The notes under the pieces were generated by a model. It saw only the letters and a list, made by a program, of their open reading frames with translations, did not search any database and had not been told where the DNA came from. Made by a program: the position numbers and the translations under genes. Source: Chrysomallon squamiferum (lineage: Eukaryota; Animalia; Mollusca). Taken from it: DNA of 64,000 bases. Shown piece after piece: positions 13,301 to 27,718 of the stretch (position 1 is its first letter; each line of letters begins with the position of its first letter). The stretch spans positions 15,996,001-16,060,000 of the forward strand of contig CM022672.1 in NCBI GenBank assembly GCA_012295275.1. The letters run 5' to 3'.

Positions 13301-16300
13301 TTTACAAAACAAATGGAATTAAAAAGAAATAGGTCTTTAAAAAAATGTTGGACATAGAGAAAATATGGCTTTTAATGACAAAAAGTAAATAAAATTTAAA
13401 AAAATATAATAAAGATTTATAAAAATAAAAGGGAGAAATATTAGGGTGTAGAAAATGGATATTTAAATGATTAAAAAAAATTTGTTTAAGCTTATTTTTC
13501 AATGGAAATTAAACAATGGATTTTCTGACTCTCTCTCTCTTTTTCTCGCATGCGTGCACACGCGCTCTCTCTCTCTGAATATGTGTTTGTATGTGTGTGT
13601 TTTTGCTTTATGTATACACACAGAGAAAAAGAAAGAAGGTATGGATGTATGGACAAGCAATATTGATAAGTGTATTTCATCACGAATCATAATTTTATAT
13701 AAACAGGCATTAATGTATTTATTTATTAAATAATATTTTATATGTTTAACAAATAATTTCGTACAGCACATTAATATAAATGATACTTTCAAGAATGTTA
13801 AACAGTTTTAACAGACACTCAGTCTTAATATTAATTTTGTACGTTTGAAATGAGTAACAGGACAAAAGTAACAATTTTAAACAGAAAAAAAAAGAAAGGT
13901 TCTACAATTATAAATGGTTAAATTATCAAAATGTTTGGTGTGGCAATAATATTTATTTATTTATTTAGCAAATTCAAAATAAAATAACCATAATTAAAAA
14001 AAGTATGAAAGAAAACAAACTAAAGAAACAGTATATATGTCTTTTACTTAATGTGTAATGCCAGTGTTGTTATATAAATATCTAAGAATTCACTTTTAAT
14101 TATTGAAATTGCCATTAATTATAAGTATTTATTTATTTATGAAAAGAAATACAATACATCTAGAGAAAACAAATCAGAATTCCCCTTTCTCAGTTTTTAT
14201 TGTCATTTTAATATTTTCACCTCAAATCAGTATACTAATATTAACAATACTTGTTTGAGAACTATTAAGAGGAAGAGGGTTGAATTTTCATTAATGAAAT
14301 ACAACAAATTTAAAATAATTTTAAAAAACCCAAAACAACAACATCATGATATTAACCTTGTTAGATGAATAATATAAGAAAAAATTTAAACAAAAACAAA
14401 ACTCCCAAAATAAGGATATTATACGAATGTAACACAATGATAATAATAAAAGAAAATGAAAATGAAGATGAAAAGAAATAAAAATTTAACAGAATAATTC
14501 TATAAAAATTTAATAACAAAAAAGTGAGTAAAATCAATTTTTTTTTATATATTTTAAGTCAATAATAATAATAACAACAACAATAACAATAATAATAATA
14601 ATAACAACATTCAGAATAATAATGATAAGAAAAGCATTAACAATAATAACAATAAGAAGAAAAAAGATATATATATATGTTCTTAGAGTTACCCAACAGA
14701 AGATTAAACAAACCAACAAAAAACTCCAACAAATAGAACCAAATACTTTTCTTGAACACACTAAAGGGTTTTTAAAAAAAAAAATTAAAAAAAAGTACAC
14801 CTGTATGAGATAAGTGAAATAATTACTGTGGCACCTGGTGCTCAGGTAATAAACCAGGTAACAGCTATCAACAGTTCTCAGGTGATAATTGTTATAAATT
14901 AACAGTGATTCCTCTCAACAAATGTTTTCACTTTGTATGGGTTAGAAATATCTACCAGACATTCAAAGCATTTGTCTAAGTGGATTGCACAATCAGGTTC
15001 TTAACTTACAGAGAGAAAAAAAGAGGATGAGTTAAGAGAAGGTAAAGAAAAATGTAAAAAAAGAGCTGATAAGATAGGGAAAGATGGAGGAAAAATAAAA
15101 TGTCTGGGAAGAAAAAAACAAAAAAGAAAGAAAGAAAAATAGAAAGAAATTAAAAAGAAAAAAGTAAATAAAATAAAGCTCAAAGATTAAATTCCCTAAT
15201 AATAAATTTTAATAAAAATCATAATAAAAAGTTTGACTAAATCTTTGTGATTATTGTTGTTGTTATTATTACAGATCAAAACAAGAAATAAGAAAATAAT
15301 ATTAAATAACTAAATAATATTACATAACTAAAGGATTTTAAATACACTAAAATGTTGTTATTTTAATAAATAAAAAATATAAAGTTGGTTATGCCTTCAA
15401 GAGTTTTTTCCCTTGATTTGTTTGTCAGTTGCCTGGCAATATAATTTCTATTTTTATGAATATTCATATGAACCAGTAAGTAAAGTTAATAAAACTGCAC
15501 TTATAAAATAAAAAATAATAATTAATGACAAAAAAAGAAGAAGAAGAAAAAAATTATTTAAATTATTTAAAACATTTGTTAAAAAACAAAACAAAAAAAC
15601 AAACAAACAATAATAATAAAAACAATTTGTTTCATAAATATTTAATGAACCTAATGCTTCTCAAGATTTAATTGGCTTGATGATATTTTTCTTTTCCTTT
15701 TATTTTTATTATTTAAAGATAATATCAGATTTACACACATAAAATAACTGCACTCAAAACTCTGTGCTAAATAACAATTACTTTCCATAAAAACTGACTG
15801 CTTTGTTTTTATGACTGCAACATAATTCTGAAGCTATTTTCAACAACTTCTGTGATTTTTTTTTTCGTTGGTTATTTGTTTACAGCAATATACACGTTTC
15901 CACTTTTTTTTTTAAAAAGCAAACAAAAAAAAAAGAAAAAAAGAAAAAACAAAACAAACAAACAAACAAAAATACTTTTCCTAGTTATTAAATAAGCATA
16001 AAGAAATCTTTCATAGATGCAAAAATACATAATGATACATTTAACATTGAGAACTTATTGGAATGGAAAAAGAATCCAATGTGGACACTGCAACATTAGA
16101 GTTTAATCCAATTATTTATAACATTATTTATTTATTTATTTATTTATTTATGACAATATAAATATTCTGAAAAATGAATCAAAAATCAAAATCAAACAAA
16201 ACAGCAACAAACAAAAAAATAAAAGTAGTTAAAAATATGTTTCATTTCAGACAGTATTATTTTCTCAAAGAGCAAATAAAAATACAATTTCATTTATGAT

Positions 16301-16369
16301 GATTTCATATCAAATGTTATAATTACTGCAATATTATTATTTTCAAAAACCTACAAATGTGTTGTTTAT

Positions 16370-16655
16370 TACAAAAGGAAGCTACTGTTTTGCTACTGAT
16401 TATTTTGTTTTACCAAATGTTAAAACCATTTTCTGTTTATATTACAGTACAACAATTTGCAAAAATCTAACAACAAACCCAAATTATTTGCAACAAAATA
16501 ATTTTTACATTCGAAAAGGATGCTGCAGTTTTACTATTAATTATTTTTTGTTTTGCCAAATGTTCAACTTATTCTATTTACAACAAAAATAATTTTTACA
16601 TTCAAAAAGGAAGCTGCAGTTTTACTATTAATTATTTTGTTTTGCCAAATGTTGA
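16370..16655. repeat. Local direct duplication of about 70-90 bp, 2 good copies and 1 diverged copy
   Basis: AATAATTTTTACATTC.AAAAGGA.GCTGCAGTTTTACTATTAATTATTTT..GTTTTGCCAAATGTT at about 16497 and about 16588, with a related copy at about 16372. Confidence 0.85.
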
Positions 16656-17020
16656 AAACTCATTCTAAAACTCATCTGTTTTTCATTAAAATATTTTTTT
16701 TTTTAACTCTCTCTCTCTCCTGATTAAAATTTTTATTAACATTCCTCCTCTAGTAATCCAATGAAAAAGCAAACATTTAAAAGTTTGGATGGTGTTTTTT
16801 TTATGGCCACACATGTATTTTATTTTTCAAAATGTGTTTCTCATTTACTTTAACATTTTAATTAGCCATCACTGATGTTTTAAGTATGAACAAAAGTCAT
16901 GCCAAGAAAATGCTAACACTGAAAGTTAGCTAGTTATTCTTGATTAGTTAGATGTATGAATTTTAGTTCTTGAGATGAATAGTCATGCATCAGTTAACAA
17001 GCTGAATATTCAACCCTGGG

Positions 17021-17057
<37 letters not shown>

Positions 17058-19374
17058 AAGATAATGAAAAAAAATTAAAATATTAATCAGTTAATGATCT
17101 GAATATTTGAGTGTTGGATAATAAACAGAATAATAGTTATTAACAAGTTGAACAGACATCACTTGGTAAAAGAAAAAGAGAAAAAAAGAGAAAAAGAGAA
17201 AAAAAATTAAATATTAATGATTTGAATATTCATGTGTCACATAATAACATGAATATTATTTCTTAATCAACTGAATATTCACGTATTAATTATTAAATTG
17301 GATATTTATGTTTTATTAAAATAAGCTAAACAACCAAGTTGTTCTTAAATATTATTTATCATTATTTGTCAATTTAAACCTCATGCCCTTTTTTTAAAGT
17401 TTTAATTTCTATAACAAAACATTAATATATATATATATTTATTATTCATTTATCCAACAAAAAAAAAGGAATCTTCTGACCGTTTTAATCTGTTCTGTTG
17501 AAACACTTATGTCTGAAACATATATTAACAAAGATTTTTTTCCCCCCTTAATGTTAATAATATTGTTTTATTTGTTTTATTATTATGTATTATTTTTTGT
17601 GGATAGCATGCCAATATATCTGACCCTGTTTGCAGGGGAGCATGAAAAAAGTGCCTATCAGATTCCTGACAGCCAAATCATAGCATGAACAGCAAGAGTG
17701 GAAACAGACCCTCAAACAACACAAAACCATATTACAACTAATTTCACTAACTGTATCAAATATCGTATCTCACACCAGGTGACGAAGGCATGGAAACCAC
17801 AGAAAAAAAAAAAATAATAAAAAATAAATAATAATAATAATAATAATTCCTAAATTTCCAACAGCAGTTATTTTTCTGCTGCTGATCACAGACATGGCAA
17901 AATAAAAAGTAATCTCGTAGATTGTCACTATCTGGCAAATGGTCATGGGAAACTTCATCTGAGTTATCTGCTCCTTATCTTGACACCATCATAAAAATTC
18001 AAGACAGCCAATTCTTTTTTACCTTTTTTTTACCCACTAAAAAAAAAAAAAAAAAATTATTTAACAATATTATTGTCAAAATAGTTTCATTTGTTTTTTT
18101 TTTTAAATTTTAAAATAACAACGATGTTTTGGGTTTCTGAATGGGAATTAAATGTAAAAGTCCAATAAACATGAAAATTATTCTGTATGTCAATTATTCT
18201 TTTTTCTTATTATTAAAATGATCACATGCACACAAGCAATTAAAACAGTGTGGATGTCTGTATGTATGTATTTAGTTCATACAGTTAGAATGGTAGAAAT
18301 GATAGGTTTTATATATAGATATATAGATACAGATATATACCCATATACACTAAATTACATAATTTTTTATTTTATTTTTTATTTAATTGTTTTTTTTGTT
18401 TTTTTCTGAGATGAAAGGTAAAATAACAAAAAAAAAAAAAAAAAAAAATCTTCCCTATATCTTCCAATCTTCAAGTTAACGTTTCACATCAAAGGGAAGT
18501 AACTAAAAAAAGAAATCTTTTTTTTCTGTGAGGAAACAAAAACGTAAAAAACATGGCACAACTGTCGCCCAACAAACAACTCTGCCTGTGTGATGTGTTT
18601 GTTTGCAACATATAAAGACACATCTATGCAGCAGCAGCAGTAGCAGCAGCAGCAACAGCAGCAGCAGAACTAGGCAATCCTGTCTGACTGGTTACATTTC
18701 CCTGATACTGAAGAAATCACAAACAGCTGTGTTCATCTCAGCTGACAGCAGAAGAAAGAAAAAAATGTAGTGAGAAACTGAGAGAGTAATCACAACTCAT
18801 TATCTCCAGTCATCACTTACACTCTGTGTTATATATATATATAGATTATGTTCTTTCTTCTCACTGTTGTTGTTGTTGCTGCTGTTACTACTGTTATTAG
18901 CAGTTTTATTATTTGAATATTAATGTTACTGTTGTTGTTGTTGTTACTTTTTCACAAATATTAGTGCAGCTTAGTTAAATGTTTTATTTGTCTGTCTGTC
19001 TGTCTGTCTATTTATCAATTCAATTTTTTAATTTAATATTTACATGCAGAACAGCTAACATATTTTGATGCAGTAGACACCCTACTGTTGTTATTACTAC
19101 TGGTTTTATATTTATATTAATACTTAATATTACAATTTTATGTATTCATTTAAAAAAACAACAGTTATCTCTTTTTTTCTTGTCTTCTTTTAAATTTTAA
19201 TTTTAAAAATAAAAAATAAAAATATTTTTAAAATAAATAAATAAATATCAACAGACTTTGAATGTATCAAAAAATATAACATATTCAAACATTCAAAAGA
19301 TGGAGAAACTTTACATTACAAATCTGTTTTCTTCAATCAGTGTCAGTGGCGATGTTATCTGATCAGTAATGTTG

Positions 19375-19640
19375 TCATCTAGTAACTAATCTAACACTGA
19401 AGTATTTTCATCTACACCCATCATATCAGTATTTTCCATCTACATCTGTCTTACAGATACTTTCATTTAAGCTGTCATATAAATACTGTCATCTACAGCT
19501 GTCATGTCATACAGCTGCAATATGTATTTTCTTCTACATCTATCTTAAAGTATCTACAGATGTCATACCAGTATTATCATATGCAGCTGTCACATAACTA
19601 TTTTCATCTGCAGCTATCATATAGGTATTTTCACATACAT
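19375..19640. repeat. Degenerate tandem repeat of about 29 bp
   Basis: Recurring TATTTTCATCTACAGCTGTCATA-like units. Confidence 0.7.
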
Positions 19641-21239
19641 GCCTATATTTAATGACAAATTAGTTTGTTTACAGTGATATATCACACAAGACAATGATGC
19701 ACTAGGTGATATATTGTCCAGGACAAGGGCAAATGTAGCCATATATCACCTTACAGACCAAAAACATCTGAATTACCAAAGTATGAAATGTGTGTAAATT
19801 GCAAAGGAAATGTTTCAGAGAAGTTGTTATTAACAAACTAAACTTGAATTAAAAAACAAGACAACAGACTCAAAGCAGAAAAAAGCAAAACAGAACCAAC
19901 ACAGCGATTCTTAGTTAATCTCTGAAGTCATTAGATACTCCTCTGTCCAAGTCATGTCATGACAGTTTAAAAAATACAGATAGTGCCCCTTTAATAAAAA
20001 AAATAAATAATAATAATGATGATGGTGAAGATGATATATGATGAAGATAGTAATAATGATGATGATGATGATGATGATAACTTTTTGAAAAAAAGAAAAA
20101 GAAATGGTATTATAAAATGATAAAGAAATTTGGTTATGAAAACAAAGCATTACTTGCTCTTACATCGTTACATCTTTAACAGATAATGACCCTTTACTGT
20201 AACATAACATATGTTAGTATAGACAGTCACTTTGATATTAAAATCTTTGACATCCAATAACTTTTCATAAAAATACTATTTAAAAACAAATGTCCTTTTC
20301 TTTTCCTTTCTTTTAAACAAAAATTAATAACAAATAAAAAAATTCCCCAAACCCCCAAAGACATTATATAACCAATATCTATAAACATTTCAAGATTCCA
20401 GTTTTTTAGTAGACAGGTGCAGAATATATAATATATGTTTAGCAGACTGTGCCATTTTAAAAACTGTTTAAATATAGAACTCATATTTAACTGATAGCAC
20501 CCCTTTAATAATAACCTTTTCCTTTTTTTGAATAAAAAACAGAAATTAACATTAAGAAAGTCATTCAGACAATAACCACTGTTTCATTACACCACATTTT
20601 TTGTTAACATCTTTTAATAATAACATCTGGGTCTTTTAAATTGAAAAATAGAAATAAAACTGCTATAACATTATTAAGAACTGCTGTTCCATTACACCAC
20701 CTATTTACCCAATAGTGCCCCTTTAATAACAACAACAGTTTTTAATTAAAAAAAAAGAAAAAGAAATCAAACTGCTGTAGCATTCATTAAGGACTACTGT
20801 TCTGCTACGCTCTCTCTATTTAGCTGATAGTGCCCCTTTAACAATAAATACAGATACGTTTTTAATATCTTTTTTTAAACTAAAATAGAACCAGCACCAT
20901 CGACAGACATAAACTTATAAAAGGAAGCAGTTCAGTAGGTCCCTCCAATGATTGCTGCTGTAATTTGGCACAGACTCCCTCCATCCCAGTTCTCTGGAGA
21001 CACACATCCCATAAATGTCCACTGCCGAGATAGATGACCACTGGATCAATCTCAGAGCTGTTTATCCTAGTTAAAAGATCCCACTAATAACGTACACTCT
21101 GATCCCAGGCTACTTGCTCAGTGTGCGTGGAGAAAAGAGGACAGACAATCGTAAAGCCATAATGTGGCAGAGGCACTTTTATTTAATTTATACCAAGTGT
21201 TAAATGTGAACTACTGCTTGCTTTGATATGTGAAATGTT

Positions 21240-21455
21240 TTATTTATTTATTTACTTATTTATTCCTCTTATCTATATATTATTTTTATTTATTTATTCA
21301 TTCCTCTTATCTATATATTATTTTTATTTATTTATTCATTCCTCTTATTTATATATTATTTTTATTTATTTATTTGTTCCTCTTATTTATATATTATTAT
21401 TATTTTATTTTTTATTTTTTTATTCCTCTTATTTATATATTATTTTTATTTATTT
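21240..21455. repeat. AT-rich tandem repeat of about 38-40 bp, about 5 copies
   Basis: TTCCTCTTAT(C/T)TATATATTATTTTTATTTATTTA repeated. Confidence 0.8.
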
Positions 21456-21593
21456 ATTTTTTGTTATTATTTATTACTACTATTTATTTTTGTTTATTTA
21501 CTATATATACAGTCTGAAGATATCAATAGTGCTACTTGTGATTTGTGAAATATTTAATTTATTTATTACAACTAATATTACTACTTATATATT

Positions 21594-21599
<6 letters not shown>

Positions 21600-21665
<66 letters not shown>
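21600..21665. repeat. (TTA)n microsatellite
   Basis: Directly visible. Confidence 0.95.
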
Positions 21666-21668
<3 letters not shown>

Positions 21669-22649
21669 ACATTTATTTATTTATGCTAAACACACCGAAG
21701 ATGTGCATTGCAGGTTATGATTTATTGCTACAACTATTACTACTGAGAATGTTATTTTTACTTACCTATTTTGATTTATTTACTTTTATATCATACCAAA
21801 GATACATACTGCTGTTTTTTTATGTGAAATATTTCACTTCGTTCCTTTTTTTTTTATTACAAACATACTGAAAATGTGTGTCTGCTGTTTTGTTATTAAT
21901 GTAGTTAGATGAAATGTTTGTTTTGTTATATTTCTGCTATTTATTTTTATATATTTTCATTATTATTTTAAATATAACAAAACATGAAACATTAACTGCT
22001 CTCCTTAAAACACCACATCAACCTTAGCTACATATCAATAGGCAGTTTTTGATTTCACTTTTAATTAAAACACGTTTTCAAAATGGAATAATTAAAATTT
22101 TAAATATCATATTAACACTGATTAATTAACTCTGCAAGCTGTTGTATCAATTACCGCAAAAACAGCGTGCAATTTAAACTCTAGTAACCTTCTTTTCTTT
22201 TTCATTATAAAATAGAATTATAAAAAAAAAGATTAAAAACACAAAATTAAAATGATTTATTGGAAATGTCAAAAAAAAAAAAAAAAAAAAAAAATTGACA
22301 AATTAAAAAACACAAAAAAAATTCCTGTAACTAATTAATTTAAAGTGAATTTAATTATTTTATTATCAACAGAAAAAAAAGTTTTAATTGTATTTATTAA
22401 AATTTAACATGTCGATGGCATTATCACTATCAGCAGTTTTAATTACATTGATGGATTCTGTTATTTATTAAACAGTAAAGAAAATTTATGAACACTGATC
22501 AGAATCAAATGAATTTCAAATAAACAAAATTTAATCTGCCATAATTAAATTTGTCTTGATGCAGTATAAATTATTCAAACAATTCTGTCAACAAGATTCA
22601 CAGATTTTTGTTTTTATTTTGTGCTTATTTAGTTATTTAATTCCTATTG

Positions 22650-22885
22650 TGATATCATCATCAACATCATCATCATCATTACCATCATCATCATTATCAT
22701 TATGATCAATATCAGTATTATCATTATCACTATCAATATTATTATTGTCGCCAACATCAGTGTCGTTATTATTATAGTCATTACCATCAATATCATTACT
22801 ATTATTATCATTACTGCTGCTACAACTACTACTACTGCCAGTAACATATTCATCACAGTCATAATTACTATTATTATTATTTTCT
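22650..22885. repeat. Degenerate (ATC/ATT/ACT)n triplet tract
   Basis: Directly visible; it explains the I/M/V-rich ORFs here. Confidence 0.9.
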
Positions 22886-24966
22886 TTTTCATTATCTGTA
22901 ACAGATTATACCATATAAATAATACATGTGTGATGCCTGTTTTAGAATAAAACATTTGTTTTTCTTTGATATTGCTAACATGAAACTGCTGCCTTCTCTT
23001 TTTCTTTGATTATGAAACGTGAATATCTCAAAGTTACATCAAGACAGGCATGGTTTCACCACACTGCATCACCAACAACAAAATCAATGTACAGATGAAA
23101 TGGAAACTTTAAATTTACCTTGCAATAATTGTTAACACTTTCAAATGTCAGCTTAAAAATTTAATATTTATAAAATAAAAATAAAATACATGATATTTAT
23201 TTTTTGCAAAGCAGAAATATGGATAAAAAAAATTGGGGGGAATATGTTTCTAGTTAATAATCATTGTTATGTTAATAATAAATAGATTGTTTCATTTGAA
23301 TGATGGAAATCTTTAGTGATAGCTGTAAAGAAGAAAAACAGAAAATCTTCAAAAAAGAGAATTCTAAATTGTCATCTTGATTAGATTTTTTGATGATGTT
23401 CAAATAGGTTGTTTTATCAAACAAACAAATCCACATTAAAAATATAGGGAAAAAAGTTTATAATAAAAATAAAATTAAAATCAATAAATAAATAAATAAA
23501 TGAAAACAAAATACAAAAATAGAATAAGAATAAAAATAAAAATAATATAAAAATAAAAATAAAATAAATAAACAAATAAGTAAGAAAAAAAAAAAAAAAA
23601 AAAAAAAAAACAGATAAAATAAATCAATAGAACAAAATAAAAAATAAAAAATAAAATAAAATAAAATAAATAAGATGTAAAACGCTGAACAAACTCAACT
23701 CACTGAAATTCAAATTACAGTCAAATTACTGTTCTAATTTAGACAAATGAAAATGTCAAAACAAATTATTATTTTTTTCTTTATCAATGAGCTAAATTAG
23801 GCTGACTGCTTTCAGCACAGAGTCTCAATTTAGCAATTACATAATAGACCACACTCACTTACATTGTGTGTGTGAGATTAATAGATATTTAAAATGTATG
23901 TTTGCATACACACACAATCATAATGTGTGCATGCAGGCACACACACACATGTATGTGCACATGCTACTAACCACAAAAATGCAATAATGACTTTCTAATT
24001 GCAGTGTCTTTATAATAACAATACAATTTTAAAAATTAAATTAGAATAAATTAAATCTTAATTTGGCTGAAGGAAACCAAATTTAAACACTGTTTGACAT
24101 CCATTTGGTTAAAATAGAAAATAATTAGGTTTTTACATTGACATGAAAATAAAACAATTTCATGATTGTTTGTCAGTTTACAATTTTACCCTCAGGAAAT
24201 GTTTCTGTGGAGCATGGTTCAAGGGCAAGAAATTATTTCAAAATGAGGCTGATTTAAAAATAAATGATAATCATTCCAGAGTAAGAGTTAATCTTCAGTT
24301 AGGAAATATTTCATGAACTAATCCATCATTAGGTGATTATTTCATTGTTAAATGATTAATCTGTGGAAAGAGGAATATTTCACAGCAAATGAATTAATAC
24401 AACACTAGCAAATAATTTCACAGTAAAAAATGTAAACTATAGTAAGTGATTGATTTCCAAACAAAATGATTAATATATATGGAAAAGGTAACCATTTTAC
24501 AGCAAAAAAAAATATAATAAAAATAAAAACCACTGAAAAACCCCCCAAAAACAAATGTATATATTTAAAAATAAAGGATTCCAAAGTAAAAGAATTTATC
24601 CACAATAAGGTAATAATTTCATTAGTATGGATTAATCCACAACATGGGTAATGATTTCATAATAAATGAATTAATCAACAGCAAGTTGATGGTTTCAAAA
24701 AAAAAAAAAAAAAATTAATCTACAGTAATGGAATGATTTCTTGGTGAAAGGATTACAAATAAACAATTAGTCTCTGGTAAAGGAAGGATTCTATAACATA
24801 TATAATTCTATAAGTGAATTAATTCAACATCACAGGCATACTTCAACATGAAGAGAATTAGTCTGTCTTATGTGAATAAAAGAATAATTTGATATTAAAA
24901 TTTTGCCCGCAGTGAATGGTTTATATCAAGGAATGATTAGAAACTCAAGAAAAAATTCTGATCAAT

Positions 24967-25185
24967 GGAATGATTCAGACAAAAGAATGATTTTACTAGT
25001 CAATGATTCTAAAGAAAAGAATGATTTTACTAGTCAATGATTCTAAAGAAAAGAATGATTTTACTAGTCAATGATTCTAAAGAAAAGAATGATTTTACAA
25101 ATGAATGATTCTAAAGAAAAGAATGATTTTACAAATGAATGATTCTAAAGAAAAGAATGATTTCACTAGTGAATGGTCCTAAGAA
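24967..25185. repeat. 34-bp tandem repeat (two related 17-mers), about 6 copies
   Basis: ATGATTTTACTAGTCAATGATTCTAAAGAAAAGA recurs at 24987, 25021 and 25055. Later copies carry an ACAAATG variant. Confidence 0.92.
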
Positions 25186-26106
25186 AATAAAATCCAGAAA
25201 AAAAATAAAATCAAGAAGAGAATAATTGCAATATAATAATTCTACATAGACAAAATTTCAAAATAAAGAAATAATTTCAAATGAAGGAAAATATTCAAGA
25301 CAAAAATAATATTTGCATTGCAACAGATACACTTTAGAATAACAGAACAGAATTTTCCTGGTTTTTAATATATATGTATCTTTGAAGATTTATAGATTTT
25401 TCATTTGATTATATTAAAACATTAAAAAGCTATTTGCAAGGGATCTAAAAACAAGATGAAGTTGAAAGAAATTCTGATGTAAAATGAAATTACATCAAAT
25501 GAAACTATAGAAAATGGAATGATTGTTATGAAAGTGTACCTATTTTTAGAATGCCAAAGTAAATCTGTTTGCAGAGCTTAATGTAAGTGACACTGGTATC
25601 TGATTAGATTAATGTAAACTATTTTTAATCTACCATCTTTTTTATCATCCTTTTTATTTTTTTTCAAAGATTATTAATTGAGTGAGAAAAAAAAGAAATT
25701 TTTTTTTAAAAGATTATATCCAGTCAGCAAGATTTGATAAATAAAGAAGTTAAATTTATTTGTTGTTTTTTTCTAAGAAAATTAATTCTTAAGTGAAAAG
25801 AAAGTATTGTGTATTTTTACTTAATTGATGCAAAATCAGATCATGTTAATGGCAAAAATTATTTTTGAAAATTTGAGTGATTAGAGATGTATGACAGATG
25901 ACACATTATGTGACGATGAACAAATTCATTTCTAAATATTTACTTCATTATAGATTATACGGTTTAAAAGAGCAATATTTAAATTAATAAAAAATTAAAA
26001 TTAAAATTTAAATAAATAAATAATATTAACAAAATAATAACAATAAAAATAATAAATTAAATAAATAAAATTTTAAAAATTCAAGAAAAAAACCCAGTAA
26101 AATTAT

Positions 26107-26330
26107 TTTTCAACACTTTTTCAACTCCTAACAGAAATCATACACCTTTCAAAATAACAACAACAACAGAATAGTAATAATAAATAAATAAATTTTAAAA
26201 ATTCACGAAATACAAATAATCATTGTCTTTCAACACTTTTGCTACTCTTAACAGAAAACATACACCTTTTCACAACAACACCAACAACAGAATAGCAATA
26301 ATAAACAAACAAGTTTTACAAAAAAATTCA
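26107..26330. repeat. About 120-bp diverged direct duplication
   Basis: TTTCAACACTTTT...AACAGAAA.CATACACCTTT...AACAACAGAATAG.AATAATAAA occurs at about 26108 and about 26228. Confidence 0.8.
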
Positions 26331-26339
26331 ACAAATAAA

Positions 26340-26490
26340 ACACTTCTACTACCCTCAACGGAAAACATACAAACATTTCCCACAAACAACACTTCTACTA
26401 CCCTCAACGGAAAACACATACAAACATTTCCCACAAACAACACTTCTACTACCCTCAACGGAAAACACATACAAACATTTTCCACAAAAG
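26340..26490. repeat. 51-bp tandem repeat, about 3 copies
   Basis: Unit ACACTTCTACTACCCTCAACGGAAAACACATACAAACATTTCCCACAAACA, which gives the 17-aa periodicity in ORF 26223..26534. Confidence 0.9.
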
Positions 26491-27718
26491 CCATACATCT
26501 TAGGAGAAGAAGCGTTAAAAAAAAAAATTTGTAATATGTTTCCTTCACACTGTTAAAACTATATCATATTTAGTAAGAGCCATCAATCACTGATAATAAT
26601 CTTCACTGACAACTGTAACATGGTGTAATGATTTGGAAGTATGTTCACTAATACATTTTCACAACGGGAGACAGTCCCGCGACAGATGGGTTGGAAGGGA
26701 GGCTGTGTTTGAAAAACGTATGTTTGTGCAATCAGTGACTGCAAACTCATCTTCCCCAAACTCATGCATGTTTCTGAAGACTGGTGCTAAACTCAACGTA
26801 AATTCTATTTTTAACTATTTTTCTGATTGCTGAAGTAGTTTTTAATATTTTTAAATTTTTATTTATTTATTTATTTAATTAATTTTTAATTTTTTTATTT
26901 TTTTATTTTTTTTATTTTTTGGAAAGTGGGTTATTTATGTTCTTATATTTGGTTATTTATTTTATTTGTTTATTAAAATAAATAAACATTATTATTATTG
27001 TTTTGTTATTGGTATTGTCATTATTATTATTACTTTTTTGTTATTATTTTTATTATTATTATTTATTTGTTTTTGTTATTTAAATAATTATACTTTAAAT
27101 TTTATTCTATTCTATTTTATTATTTAAAAAAAAAAAAAAAAATTATTATTATTTTTTTTATTTTTTTATTTTTTTTTATTTTTATTCTTTTCTGCTCATT
27201 CCTCTCTTCTGTAGAAGAATGTCAATGGAAAATTTACACACATTTTAACGACCTCCCTCCCTATAAAACATTATCTTCACATACTGAGTAACCTTCCACC
27301 CCATTTACTCTCAAATCTGATATTTCATAATACGAATTATTTATATCTCCAAGCCACACTGACACATGAAGATGTCGACTGCACAATACAAGTGAAGTGA
27401 TAACAACCCCCACCCCCACGAGACACAGAAACCCTCATTCCACCAAACATAATTTACTTTTATGTGATTACCCGGTTCAAGTCAGCTTGAAAATATGAAT
27501 TTCTGCTTTCTAAAACATTTGTGGGACATCCCAACTCATGAAATCATAAGAATTACATTTATAAATTTTTCCTTTTGATAATTCTAAATTTCGTAAAGAA
27601 AGAAATTGATAAATGCTTTATACTAAAATGTCAGTGCAGTGCTCAGGTTAACTGCTTAACCTGTTGACTACCTTTCATCAAGTATTCATGCAGAATGTTG
27701 AGTGCCCTATATGTACTT

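Noticed and set aside
18628-18668. (CAG)n tract as a polyQ exon
   Set aside because: It is interrupted by TAG and has no convincing ORF or splice sites.
18723-18735. 12-nt match to the 5' part of miR-317 (TGAACACAGCTG, minus strand, recalled from memory)
   Set aside because: The 3' half diverges and there is no convincing precursor hairpin.
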